A stretch of 64,000 nt of DNA from NCBI RefSeq assembly GCF_006345805.1, contig NC_043003.1, forward strand, positions 84,382,001 through 84,446,000, written 5' to 3'. The notes beneath the pieces are model-generated. The model did not search any database, was not told where the DNA came from, and saw only the letters and a program-made list of their open reading frames with translations. Source of the stretch: Octopus sinensis (taxonomy: Eukaryota). Below, one piece after another: positions 11,824 through 25,098 of this stretch. How positions within the stretch are numbered: the stretch's first letter is position 1; every line of letters begins with the position of its first letter. Position numbers and translations under genes: made by a program.

Positions 11824-13691
11824 CACATCCTAATCCTCAAAGGAACCCAATTATGACCTCTAATTCTCACATATTTCAATTCACGATAATGGGGTAATAT
11901 GTTCCAGAATGTCATTCCGATAAATTTCGCTCAACTGGTGAAAATGTCAAAGTGATAAATCTTTCATTATTATTTTATAATAATAACTAGTGAAGTGCGG
12001 CAAGTTGGTAGAAAGAGAAGGACATAAAATAAAATAATTAAATAAGTGCGAGATAAATAAACCAACGTACTCACTCTCCTCTGTGCTCTGAGTTGAAATC
12101 CAGTCAGAGTCGTCTTCGCTTTGTATAACACAGAGGTCGATAAAGAAAATACGAGTTACCTGACTTGATCAACTGACAAGAAAATCAAAACTAAGACCAA
12201 ACCATTTATAACTTATTTGACTGTAGAGTAAGCATCTAACTCAATAATATGGTGAGCACAATAAATAATTAAGGCCACCTGATGGGTCTTTCACTGGGTT
12301 CGACGATGACCATATAGTTGTTCGTTCGTCTGAATTGCTCGTTAAATTAACGTGTGACTGAGCGACTCCACAGATAAATGAGAGTTTTTTTTTTTTCAAA
12401 ATTTGACCTTTGTATTGCAAATACCATCCTCCCGACGGGGTATCACACACATATTGTATAATTAAGTCTAACTCACAAGGCTTGGATAGACCCGGGTTTA
12501 TGCTAAAAGACACTTTTGTCCAAGATATCACGAGGTGAGGTCAAACGTGACACCTCATAATTGCTACACAAACTTAACGACTGCGTCCATAACGAAGACT
12601 ATACCACTACTATAAAAAGGTAAATTTGAAACAATACTTGTATCAACCAAACAACTGTAGAGGTGTTAATTCAGAATCGAAATTTAGTTAATGGGTCGGC
12701 GCACAAACATTTGAATGAAGTAAAATAGGAAAGCGGTAATGCGGTGAGCGGAGTACAACGCGATAATGTACCAGGGTAGATGTGTGTAACAACATTTAGC
12801 AGTTTCTAAGTACCCTGCTGAAATAGCTATGTGGTGGAATGTAGTTCGTCGTTTTGGATATAACGGGAAGGATATGGAGAAATAATGAAGAATAAAAGAT
12901 GATAAGAAGAGAGAACAATTGAAAGATAGAGATATTTAGCACAGAACGAGAGAGAGAGATATGGATGGATAGAAAGAAGAGAAATGAACAGGAATTGAAA
13001 TGTTAAGAGAAGGGGAAGAAATAAGAGAGAGAGCTAGAGAAAGTAAGAGAAAACGGCAGAAGGAAGTAGAGAGAGAGAAAGAGAGAAAGAGAGAAAGAGA
13101 GAGAGAGATAAGAAGAGAAAGACGATGGGAGATGTATTGGAAGGACGGTGTCATGGTTATTTCGACAATTAAAGCCAAAACCTTTTAGAGAAAAGGTTAA
13201 AGTTTATAAAGAACTTTGCTTTTATTTGCAGCGAAAGCAAATATTTGCAATATAAACCGGAAGTAAGAGGAGACCATTAAAGAATATGCAGACCCCTTTC
13301 TCTTCCTTTATTATCAACGGTGGTGTATGGAGGGGAAGAATTACACTGGAAGCATTCTGTACAAAGAGGAAGAATATGGTTAACGTACAGTTGTGTACTT
13401 TCGTTATTCCGGCCAGATGCTGAACTACCAGCCGAAAATCTGTATCCTTGACATTTAGTTTTTATTACTGAACTCATATCCCAAACTCAGAATTATCGCT
13501 GATCAAATCTGCCTCGCCGCAAATATGTATCAACCATCAGTATATCCACAGCTTACAAGTCAAACTGACGAATTTCATTAACTTGGAGCGATGTATTTCA
13601 AATACAACTTGAGCACGGTCACAAAACTACACATTTATTACATCGATAAATGTAATATTGTTAATCGATAAAATGTTATTTTGTGATGTTG

Positions 13692-13750
13692 AAAGTATTG
13701 GTAAAGCACTAGGTTCGATTTAATCGAACTTAGTGCTTTACCAATACTTT
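13692..13750. repeat. Near-perfect 59-bp palindrome (28-bp arms, 3-nt loop)
   Basis: AAAGTATTGGTAAAGCACTAGGTTCGAT-TTA-ATCGAACTTAGTGCTTTACCAATACTTT has one G/T pair (13712/13730). It is continuous with a decayed minus-strand SINE-B. Confidence 0.9.
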
Positions 13751-14204
13751 ATTTATCGACCATCGTAAGGATGAAAAGTGCAAGTTAATATCGGCGGGAG
13801 GTTCACAAGATAGCGTAAAATGTATAAATCATTTCACTTTCTCTGAAACTGGGATGCGAAAGGAAGGTTTCCTCAGATAGGTGAATGCTTGTAACAATTA
13901 ACACTCAGCTAAAACAGTCTAATGGTCAGATGCTGATGTTAAGCCAGTTGACAATTTAAGTCAATGACGTAAGAATGGCATTAGCCATTCCTCGGAGTTT
14001 CACCACCGTGTCCATTTACCGAAGCATACACAAGTTTCCGTCGACCCAAAGGCTTTTTGTCACTGTACTAGCAGTGGTATGTATGTTTTTAGTATATGTG
14101 CTTCCTTGAGTAAGAGGGTGATTTTTGGACACCCTACAAGGTGATGCTAAAATCCAGCAAAACGGCTCAAAATCTATAGAAACTCATGAGGAGGAGGAAA
14201 ATTT

Positions 14205-14400
14205 ATTAATAAGTCGGACAAAATGCTTAGCGGCATTTCTTCTGGGGGTTTTTAACGTTCTGGGTTCAAATTCCGCCGACGTCAGTGCCTTTCATCCTTT
14301 CGAGTACAAGTTAAGCAATGTAATCTATTAACTTACCTGTGTGATCTATTAACTCACCTGGCTTTAAAATTACTGGTCTTGTGCCAAAATTAAAAGCCAT
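14205..14400 (+). mobile_element. SINE family B, degenerate
   Basis: GGACAAAATGCTTAGCGGCATTTC...GGTTCAAATTCCGCCGACG...CCTTTCATCCTTTCGAG. Confidence 0.6.
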
Positions 14401-14756
14401 TATTTTGTAGTTGTGAATTCAAATCCTATATGAAAATTACTTGGAGTTAGTATAAAACTTTAATACAGTTAACCTTCATTCGCGCGCGTAATGAACACGA
14501 GACTTTCGCTAATTGTTTTAGGCGCTTATGTAGTCGCGAGCAGACAGAGATACTTTATCGGCCGCCTCTCCTTAGTGCGGCGTAATATCCAGCTTGAGGA
14601 AGGAGGGGGCTGTATCAGCACCTGGCTGTTCAAGGACAACAAATCACCCAGACATGGAAGTGTGCCCAAAACAACTCGGAACCATCAGGTTGAGAAGCTA
14701 GCTTCTTACCACACAGCCATTTATGTGCGTGTGTGTGTGTGTGTGTAAGTGTAAGG

Positions 14757-14805
<49 letters not shown>

Positions 14806-14914
14806 GGGGATAGATAGATAAGCTTGTAAAGAAGCATTCGGTAACTATGAACAGCAATTGATCGCTAGTAACTTGTAGTAGTCGACGGCTACGATCCCAC
14901 TGCGTGACCAGAAG

Positions 14915-15626
14915 CGGCCAATGAGAAAGAGCACTACTCATTCAATAACAAGGAGCTGTTGAAGTTTTGTCGCTGAGAACAAGGCGTCTGTGTGATCAAG
15001 AGTGATTTTCCTCCCGTCTGCGAAACTTAAAGTAATGCGATTGTAGTCAGCTAGATAATGCAGATCATTTCTGGCTTCAATGCTACACTGTACTATAGGA
15101 AATATCTATTGATTGTAACCAAAATTGCATATTAATAGATACATTTAAACATGGACAGAACAGGCGGTATCAGTCAAACAAGTTTCAAAAACCGAGTTGG
15201 CATTTCATTAGTGAATGAGTTTCATCTTTAACTGCTCACGGAGAAACTGGTTATTAAATGTACAAATATTGAGAGCTTCAGTAAAACAGAAATACCGATT
15301 TGCATATTCAACGCATTCTTCGCACGTAGCGCGAATAATATGTTATGAGCTCGTTAACTTATACATACATGCATTCAAGCACACACATCTTCGACAAAAC
15401 CTTAAGTTGCCTTCCTGCGTAACCATGTTCGTCACGTGACATACCACGGATCTACATCACGTGAGCACAAGTCACCACGCCTCCTTACCCCCTCTCTTTC
15501 CATACTGGCCTTCCTCTCAGTTGCTCTCACCACCACCAGCACCGCTGTACAAGTTACTTTACGCGAAAGAAGCGGTCATAAGCAATAGTGTACAGGGGAA
15601 CACGTTACCCACTACGCGCATGCGCA
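14915..15626. promoter_or_regulatory. Cluster of promoter-type motifs
   Basis: CCAAT 14918, Inr-like TCATTC 14938, octamer ATTTGCAT 15298, GTCACGTGAC 15431, TCACGTGA 15457 and NRF1-like GCGCATGCGC 15616, all in non-repetitive, relatively CpG-rich DNA. Confidence 0.3.
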
Positions 15627-15783
15627 CAAAACACATTCCCCTCCACACATACACTACACATATTGAAATTTACTTCAAGACACTATGTTGCTATGCACAG
15701 CAATAAAAATATGTAGTGTGGCACATTTACCATTTCTATATTTCTTAAGCTATGAACCATACCTAACACACACATCTGCAGTT

Positions 15784-15789
<6 letters not shown>

Positions 15790-15859
<70 letters not shown>

Positions 15860-15887
15860 TACATACACATATATAAATATACATGCA

Positions 15888-15919
<32 letters not shown>

Positions 15920-16202
15920 CACACATGTATATATGTATGGTTGTGTGTATATATGTGTGTGTGTACGTATATATATGCTAATATTAGATGTGTATGTTGC
16001 ATATATATAATGTTCACGTATATTTAAGCGCATATTATATTTATATGTACATATATATATATATTATATATATATATATATCTGTAAATATGCATACACA
16101 GAAACACACACACACAAGAGAGAGAGAGATGCATATGTACACACAAATATATGCATACATCCATGCAGTTGTCATGCATAATGCATCCATGCATATATAT
16201 AC

Positions 16203-16235
<33 letters not shown>

Positions 16236-16438
16236 CATATACATACATATACATACATACACATACATATACATACATATACATACATACACATACATAT
16301 ACATACATATATATATATATATACATACATATATGCATATATATATATATACATATATATACACATATATATATATATACATATATATACACATATATAT
16401 ATACATACATATATATACATATACATATATATACAAAC

Positions 16439-16475
<37 letters not shown>

Positions 16476-16476
16476 C

Positions 16477-16509
<33 letters not shown>

Positions 16510-16679
16510 CATATACATACATAATATATATATATATATACATACATATATGCATATATATATATATACATATATATACATATATATATATATACATATA
16601 TACACATATATATATACATACATATATATACATATACATATACATATATATACATATACATATACATACATACACATAC

Positions 16680-16712
<33 letters not shown>

Positions 16713-16713
16713 C

Positions 16714-16746
<33 letters not shown>

Positions 16747-16759
16747 CATATACATATAC

Positions 16760-16790
<31 letters not shown>
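15790..16790. repeat. (TA)/(TACA)/(CA) compound microsatellite
   Basis: Direct inspection. Confidence 0.95.
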
Positions 16791-17369
16791 GAAGTTCATA
16801 TAACCATATTTATTTATCTATCGGTAGAAGCAAAAAACGCACAGGTTCTTGTATTTATGCATTAATTTTATACACCAGTTGCAACTACAAACATAGACAC
16901 CTGTATGCATGTGTGTAAATATGCGTGTATGTGTGTTCATGTCTGTATACATATATGTGTGTGTATTTGTGCGAGACTTTATATACTAAGCTTTGATGTG
17001 ACTGCATACATAAGCACGCGTGCGCGTGCATAGCACTGTGCTACAGGACATGCACGTGCTATCCATTCACGTTTATTCGCATACAATATTTTGCACTCAA
17101 TTCTTGCAGACTCACTTACAAGAATAGTAATATGCAAACACACCACACAAGTTGTTAGTAAATGAAATGAAATTTTTAAAAAAATATATAGAAATGTATA
17201 CACGCAAAGACAATGGGTGGTGTAAGGACACACAAACACAGAATCACATATACGCACAGAGAAAATTATTCATGTATACGCACACACACACACACAAACA
17301 CACACGCATAAAACAGTTGTAATCATATAAATGTTCAGAAACTGCGCTCGCTAACACATACATGTGCGT

Positions 17370-17422
<53 letters not shown>

Positions 17423-17993
17423 TTGTTTGAAAGTGTACATTATAAACAGCCATTGTGTTCACGTACACAATGGCCGTGAGGTATATAAATACACACACAC
17501 ACACACACATACACACACACACACACACACGCACACGCACACACTAGGTAAGACAGTCATATGCGCGTACATCGGTTGCGAGTATGCATATACACACTCA
17601 CTGCTTACTTACCTAGACGAACACACAAACACAATATTTGCCTGCCTAGATTAGCACACACACACACACATATACATGCATATATGAATCGTACACGAAC
17701 TCTCTTACGCGCGCTTTCAGAAACCGTACACGAATCCACTATTCTTTCTTACACCAATACTCAAATTTATGCACCGGATGCACACGCACTACTCGTACAC
17801 GTATACACACAAGGAAAACACATACCTACCAACATCCGCTTCCTCCATACACTCGTTCCAACTTTCACTCGCATAAATAGCGTACATACACACAAACAGA
17901 CTAAAATAAGCACCCTTCATGCACCAAGCTTACTTCCTACTACACACTCAAACAACATCCATTCAAACACACGCACACACACACATACACACA

Positions 17994-18036
<43 letters not shown>

Positions 18037-18120
18037 CTAATCCGCTGCATGTCCATCCCCAAACAGAAGCACTACTGTACAGATATTGAAGTACCCTTCC
18101 ATAAAACTGCATGTACTTAC

Positions 18121-18162
18121 ACTGAAGTACAGTGACAATTCTTTCCCTTAATTATGTATAAG
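18121..18162 (-). CDS. Weak candidate internal exon (42 bp), LYIIKGKNCHCTS
   Basis: Acceptor ...AACGTTCAG (modest) and donor GTAAGT. Only phase 2 is open. Confidence 0.2.
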
Positions 18163-18187
18163 CTGAACGTTTATATAGCAACCGCCT

Positions 18188-18605
18188 AATTATTCGGATA
18201 AAGTGAAATAGCAATGTAGCAGCCATTCAGAAAAGGCAAAGCAGCTATGCAACAGTCACTCGGATAAGACTACGATAAGACTACGAGGTGCAGGAATCAT
18301 TTAGATAAGGCGAAGTGTTAGCCTAGCACACTCCCAGATAAGTCGAGGCAGATATACAGCAATTGTCTAAAACTTCGAGGCATATTAAGCAGTAATCATG
18401 TTTATAAGGCAAGGGTTCTATGTTGCAAGCGGAATGTACATGTAACGATTGACTAGTAAAGTGAGTTACTTATGGAGCAATCACTAGTACAAGGTGAGAC
18501 GTACACGCGCCAGTCACCTAGATAGGATATGACATCAATGTAGCGGTGACCTACATGAGACATGACGTCTGTGTAGCAGTTACTTAGATAAGAAGAGATA
18601 GTAAT
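18188..18605. repeat. Degenerate 33-bp minisatellite (~12 units)
   Basis: Units start at 18188, 18221, 18254, 18295, 18328, 18361, 18394, 18479, 18512, 18545 and 18578; approximate consensus AGTCACTTAGATAAGGCGAGACGTCTATGTAGC. Confidence 0.75.
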
Positions 18606-18699
18606 CAACTAAAGTTGTCTCTTTGGGATTGACTTAAGGCTTGACACTAATATAGGAATCATACAAGCATGGCAGTCAATTTATCAACGTTTTATTCAT

Positions 18700-19120
18700 C
18701 CTAGGACTCGAAGAAGGTAGTCATTCAAAGGCTCAATAACTTGCAGTAGCTCGTAGAACCTAACTGTCGATCAACCAGACAAGATATGGTCTACACATTA
18801 GTTCCTCAGAGAAATAGGATAACGATATTGATCACCCAAGGGAAATGAAGACACTTGGCATCAATTACATAAATGTTTGTATCATATAAAGATACACATC
18901 ACGAAAGGTTAATCGAAGATGGCGGCATTCACCATAAAATGATTGAAATTGAGCTTGGGTATAAAAGACTGGGTTTGAGAATAACAAACCAGAAATATTC
19001 TAAAATGGAAGAGCAACCGGAGAAAGAGATGGTTATTACTAGAGAGAGGAATGAGGAGTTTGCTGGGTGAGTATATAAGTGGAATCTAAACGTTACACCA
19101 TATTTGGTTCAGCTCGATTT
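18700..19120 (+). mobile_element. Highly decayed RTE-type RT C-terminal remnant
   Basis: 18785 reads YGLHISSSEK, resembling the RTE motif YGL.IN..KTK. The frames are broken. Confidence 0.3.
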
Positions 19121-21531
19121 TGATTGGCTGACAAGAGAAATGTGTAAGGAACACGGAACAGTAATTTATATATCAAATGGATATCAAAGACACACAATAT
19201 TTATAAAATATATATAAAACTATATCAAACGCAGAAAACTCTGCATGAAATACACACACAATATCTAAGAGACATATGCAACTGTTATGAAACATACACA
19301 CTATATACATCCAAATATATACAGACTACAACTGTGATGATAATCAGTTGAACCAGACGTCATTGTTGGATCGTGTATATATTTAAATTATGACTCAAGT
19401 TCTGTCGTGGTCGACAAAAATAAGTGGCAGTTGATTATACAAAAAGAAATCATTAGATCGTATCTAAATGTTATGAAATATTTAACCTTACATTCATCAT
19501 ACTTTACTGTCATTACTAGCCGTGGCTGATGTTGCGTAGACATTTGCTGTTGCCTAGGCATACGGTATCAACTAGTCGGTGTAACTGTTGTTTGTCATTC
19601 ACAGCTTTCCACAGCTCATCTCTTTGAAGGAACTGCAATGCTGACTCAAGTGGAGATCAAAACTAGGCGTTTGCTATCAGAAATACTATCAGGCGCTTAC
19701 CGCTCTTTACTACTAAGGGAATGTGATCTACAGCACTTCTTTAGTAGCATTTTGTAGAGGACTACTGGTAGCGAAGAGTGAAAAAATTCCCCAGAAAACT
19801 CTGGACATCGACAAGAATCAACAAGCTGGTCTCATCTAAAGTACTGGGCCCGACAGAATCGACTGTTCCTTCGCTTCAAATCTGCGGACTTGTTAAAAAC
19901 CATTTGAGATAATGGTGGATCGTTGATCGAAGTACCATCCTCTAATTAGTATCGTCTGCCTCATCCCCACCAATCCAACACTTCAGGAATTGACTTTGTG
20001 TTAAATTCCTTTCGACTGTTGATGAAAATAAATACCGGTAATACAAGGGATCCTATACATTATACAAATTCCTTTCGCTTCAGTTATTGGCCATGTGCAT
20101 TGTAGAAACAGATCATTATTTTAAATAGATAAATTTCAGAAGTAGGTATACATCATTCGAATATTTTATTTATTTATTCACTTATTTATTACATTCCACC
20201 GAATAATTCACCATTTATTCTTTATAGCAGAACAAATACGAGATCAGCAACGTTCATGGAATATTTCGAAACTTCAGTCTCAGATTTAAAGGTCGATATC
20301 ATGATTCTTCTTCACAGTTGCCTTCAAGAATAATAACATTAATGGCCGATACTAACGTGAGAATGCATGCTTTGAATCAGACTACAATTTTTTTCCTTCG
20401 GTGCATGTTAAAATATAACTTAATTATCTTACATGTTCCGAAGACTTATAACAAAACTACAAATTGCTCCGCTAAAATGACCCCTAGGTCATGTAGTGGT
20501 GATAGAGATGATGATAAAGCAGACAAGAGTGTTAATTCAACCACCTACCAAACAAGAATATATTTTCTAACACGCTTTCACAGTTTTGTCTACCAACTTT
20601 TATTCAGAAAACTTTAGTTTAGCCTATGGTAGACCTTCAGGTGGGCTAAAGTTGAGGCTAAAGGCTTAACCAAATGGTTACGTGATTAAGACGTTCGTTT
20701 CGTAGATATGTTACTTCAAGTTCATTTCCACTGCACGCATTTTGATCTGCTTCTGCTAGCAGCTCTCTGAATTTTTAACTGGATTTTGTCTCTCTTCTTC
20801 CATGTACGACCAATATAGGAATGGATCAAATGATAGTTGTAAAAACGAAGTTGTTGTTACTCTTCCTGACCGCCTTGCTTTGAAATATCTAAGCAGCTTC
20901 AATGATGTTAAAGTTACTCCTAGTATAACATAATCACAAATTATGTTTGCTTTTTCAACATCTTTACTGCAGCGCCATCAAACAAGCTTGCTTTATATTA
21001 TTATGGTAAAAGAGAACTAGTTTCGTTTGAAAAGCCAAGAATCAATCAAAGTGGAAACAATATTAGTGGGGATGGTGATGTTGATGTTGGTGTTGGTGGT
21101 GGTGGTGTTGAAGGTGATGATGATTGTCTGGAAGATGGTTATAATAAAGAAAGAGAAGGAGAAAGAGAGAAAGAAAAAGGATAAAAGAAAATTGCAAGAA
21201 AAAAAAATCGAACGAAAAGAGAGAGAAAAAAAACGAAAAGCCGAAGATAAAAAAATAATTCTTTTTTTTTTATCTAGAGAGAAAAAGAAAGAGTGAAGAG
21301 AAATACAACAAAACAAAACAAAATGAAAGAATGAATGAATGAATGAAAGAAGGAAGGATGGAGAAAAAAGGCTAGAAAAATGAATGTGGTTTGAAAAGAA
21401 TGGAGAATGTGTTGTAACAATATATAGAGGTCAGATGGTGAAAAGACAATAATACATTGAGGTCAACAACTGATGATAATATATATATTGTGAAGTCAGT
21501 TTGATATAGACTTTAGTATAGTATATTATAT

Positions 21532-21583
<52 letters not shown>

Positions 21584-21639
21584 TTTAATATCTAACTACT
21601 GGCTGGCTGGATGGTTGGTTGGTTGGTGGCTGAGTATTG

Positions 21640-22800
21640 TAGTAGTGATAGGTGGTGAAATGGTTAATAATACTAGCTACCGTGCTAGTTGGGTGGTGGT
21701 GGTGGTAATAGGGGCGATGGTGGTGGTGGTGGTGGTAATAATGGTTGTACTGTCGGTGGTGGTGATGAACTAGTTATTATTACAAGCTATTGTGCTGGTG
21801 GTGGTGGTGGTGGTGGTGGTGGTGGTGGTGGTTCAGTGGTGGTTGTTACGGAATTGGTGTTATTGGTGTTTATAATTGTGACGATGATGGTAGTAAAATA
21901 TTACTAGCTACTGTAGAGGTAGTGGTGGCGGCGGCGGCGATGGTATTGGTCGTTGTCGTGATGGTGGTGGGGATCGTGGTAGTAGCCATCGTCATGGTGA
22001 TGATAGTGGTGGTGGTACTGAGGTGGGTGTATTTGCATTGGTGGCAAACCGGTGGTTATATTTGTGTTGATAGCGATGACGATGGTGGTGGTGGTGGTGG
22101 TGGTGGTGGTGGTGGTGGTAGTGAAATGGTTAGTAATACTAGCAACCATATTAATGGTGGTGGTTGTGGTGGTGGTGGTGATGGTGTTGTATTAGTGATA
22201 CTCGAGACGGTGGTGGTGGTGGTGGTATTGTTACTGCTGTTGAATGGGGGTTATAATAGAGATATTGGTATGGCGGTGGTGATGGTAGTGGTGGTAGTAA
22301 TGATAATGATGGTTGTGATATTGGTGATGGTGGTGATGGATGTGATGGTGACAGTTGTGTTGATGGTAGTGGTTGTGATGGTGGAGGTGGTGCATGCAAG
22401 AGAGGGTGGTGTGCCTTGTCCATGGCATAGTAGTGGTGCCATCGGGGCTGAGGCACATTGTGGTGATGCCAATGCTGATGGGTTGTGTAAGTGGTATGGT
22501 GAGTGTATGTGTGAGTGGGGGAATTAATAATGCTGCTGATATTCTTGGTGGTAGTGGTGGTAGTGGTATGGTTTGGGGTTGATTATGTAGTTGGTGTTGT
22601 GGTGGCGGTAAAAATGGTTTTGTTGATATTCGGCGGTGATGTGGCTTTGATGCAGTAATGGGGATGTTTGCTTTGTTGTGTTATGATGCAGGTGATGGTG
22701 ACGATAGTGCAGGTGACGATGATGATGATGATGATGATGCAGGTGGCGGTGGGTGGTGGTAATTGTTGTGCTTGTCAGTAGCACTGGTGACTGCATTAAT
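21640..22800. repeat. Degenerate (GGT)n/(GAT)n low-complexity tract
   Basis: Direct inspection. Similar tracts lie at ~41590-42420 and ~48330-48990. Confidence 0.9.
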
Positions 22801-24023
22801 AAAAGCTATCGATAATTCCTTCAGAATTCTTGGAACAAATTCTATAGAAAAGAAAAGATAAGATTGGGTTTAGTTAATCAGGATTACATGTAGTAGGGTG
22901 GGTCCATTCATTTGTCTATCTATCTATCTATATATCTATCTATCTATCTGTCTGTCTGTCTGTCTGCCTGCTCATCCATCTGTCTGTCTATCTATCTACC
23001 TATCTATCCACAAATCTCTCTCTCTAGCTCTATCTTTCTCTAGCTCTATCTTAGTACACACACACACGCACGTATACACACCCATACATTTATAAGGAGA
23101 GAAACAGGCACACAGACAGGCAGAAAGAAAGAAGATGATACTGACAGAAAAAAAGAAACAAGGAAAAGAATGAGAAAAATTAAAAGAAACAAGGAAAACA
23201 AATAAGGAAAAGAAAACGAAATAGGTAGAAGAAAGAGAAAGGAAGGAAATAGAAACAGGAAAGAAGGGGAGAGAGAGAATACAAGAGAGAAGAGAGGATC
23301 CACATAAGCGAGAGAGGTGAGAAAGGAAAAGAATCAATTATGAGTGGAAACCGGTAGAGAATGAGAAAAAATAAGATGTATTAAAATGATAAAACGCTGC
23401 AAATAAGAAAATGAGAAAGATATGGGGAAAAAAGAAAAAATCAGATGAAATAATGAAGGGTGTGAAGGAAAAAGAGAGGAAAGGTATATAATGAAGAAGA
23501 AACGAAAAAATGAATGAAGAGAAAAAGCCGGAAGAATGAAAAAAATAAGGAATGAATCGATAGGAAATAATGAAGAACAGAGACGAAAGAATGAAAGCAA
23601 CAGAGATGAAAGAATGAAAGCAACTGAAACGAAAGAATGAAGGAATACTTGTAGTAGGGTGGGTCCATCTATCCATCTGTCTATCTACCTATCTGTCTGT
23701 CAGTCTGTCTGTCTATCCATCTTTCTATCTACCTATCTATCCATAAATCTCGCTCTCTCTTTCTCTAAGGAAAAAAAACGAAGGTAAGGAAGAAAATTTA
23801 AAAAAGGAAAACAATACAAGTACGACAAAAAAAAATCGATAGCTAATCGAAGAATCGCTCCGTTAATATTTCCAGCGCTACAAAAGACATTTGGAACGGG
23901 ACAGACTGGTGAAGGAAAACTGGAGGTATGGCAAGGCACGTGACTGACGATAGCAGACGATAGATGGATCCAGACAAGAGAAAGAGAGAGAGAGATGAGA
24001 GAGAGATAGAGAGAGAGAGAGAT

Positions 24024-24078
<55 letters not shown>

Positions 24079-24609
24079 TGAGTGTAGTGTGAGAAGAAAT
24101 ATAAAAAGAGGAAGAGTTTGGCGGAGAAAAATATGTACACAGTAAAGGGAGTTAGAGAAAAGAAAAATGGTGACAAATGTGTGAGGTGGAGAGAAATATC
24201 GTCTGAGAAAGAGGACAGAAAATGCTTATAGAAGAATGAGAGAGTTTGGGAGAAAGAAGAAGAGAGGGAACGAATAACCAGGATATGATAGAGCCATGGA
24301 GGAGAGAGAGATGGGAGAGAGAGCAATGTGAATGACTAAAAACTGGAGGAATGGCAGGAAGAGAGAGAAGGAAATAGTGGAAGAGAGATGAGTACGGCAA
24401 GGAATACGAAGAGAGAAGAGAAAGGCGAAAAGGATTTGGATGAAAATGGGAGAAAGAGAAGATGTGACTATGGCTAGAAGTAGAAGGAATAGAGTGAAAT
24501 AGAGAAAAAGAAGAAAATGGCTACATGTCGGAGGAAGGAAGGAAAATGTGAAGGAGGGAAAACGGAGAATGACGGGAGGAAGAAGTAGGAGAAAGCAAGA
24601 GTGTTGGAT

Positions 24610-24676
<67 letters not shown>

Positions 24677-25044
24677 ACAGAGAGATAGAGAGAGAGTGAA
24701 GAAAATAGCAAGAATAGGTAACAGACAATAAAAAAAAATTAAAAACCAACAAACCAGGTACAAAGTAGCAGAAAGAGGAAAACGGGAAGATGTCGGTAGA
24801 GAGAGAAGAATGTGGGAAATGTAGTAGTTGCAATAGAAAGAGGGAAAAGAAAAAGGGTTAGAGTTATAAAAGAAAATATTAAAACGAAGCGAGAGAGGTG
24901 AAAGAAGAATGAGGAAAAGAAAAAAGACAAAATGCAGAGGAAGTGGGAGATAGGTATCATTGTTGGTGTGAGATGATGTGGAGAATGGAGGGGGAAAAGC
25001 AGACGACACAGTACAAGTTCAATTTATGATTTATAAGTGAGCCG

Positions 25045-25098
<54 letters not shown>

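Noticed and set aside
13232-13262. Plus-strand microexon candidates (13232-13262, 60720-60782, and a 12-bp GC-donor candidate near 58785)
   Set aside because: The splice-like signals are present but there is no supporting chain or homology. Such matches are expected by chance in AT-rich DNA.
18188-18605. Regularly spaced repeats as a CRISPR-like array (also the 543-bp array)
   Set aside because: The context is eukaryotic, there is no constant-repeat/unique-spacer alternation, and no cas genes are present.
20740-20830. Minus-strand YIGRT peptide suggesting GIY-YIG
   Set aside because: The upstream VY..C motif and downstream R..EH motif are absent, and the frame is short.
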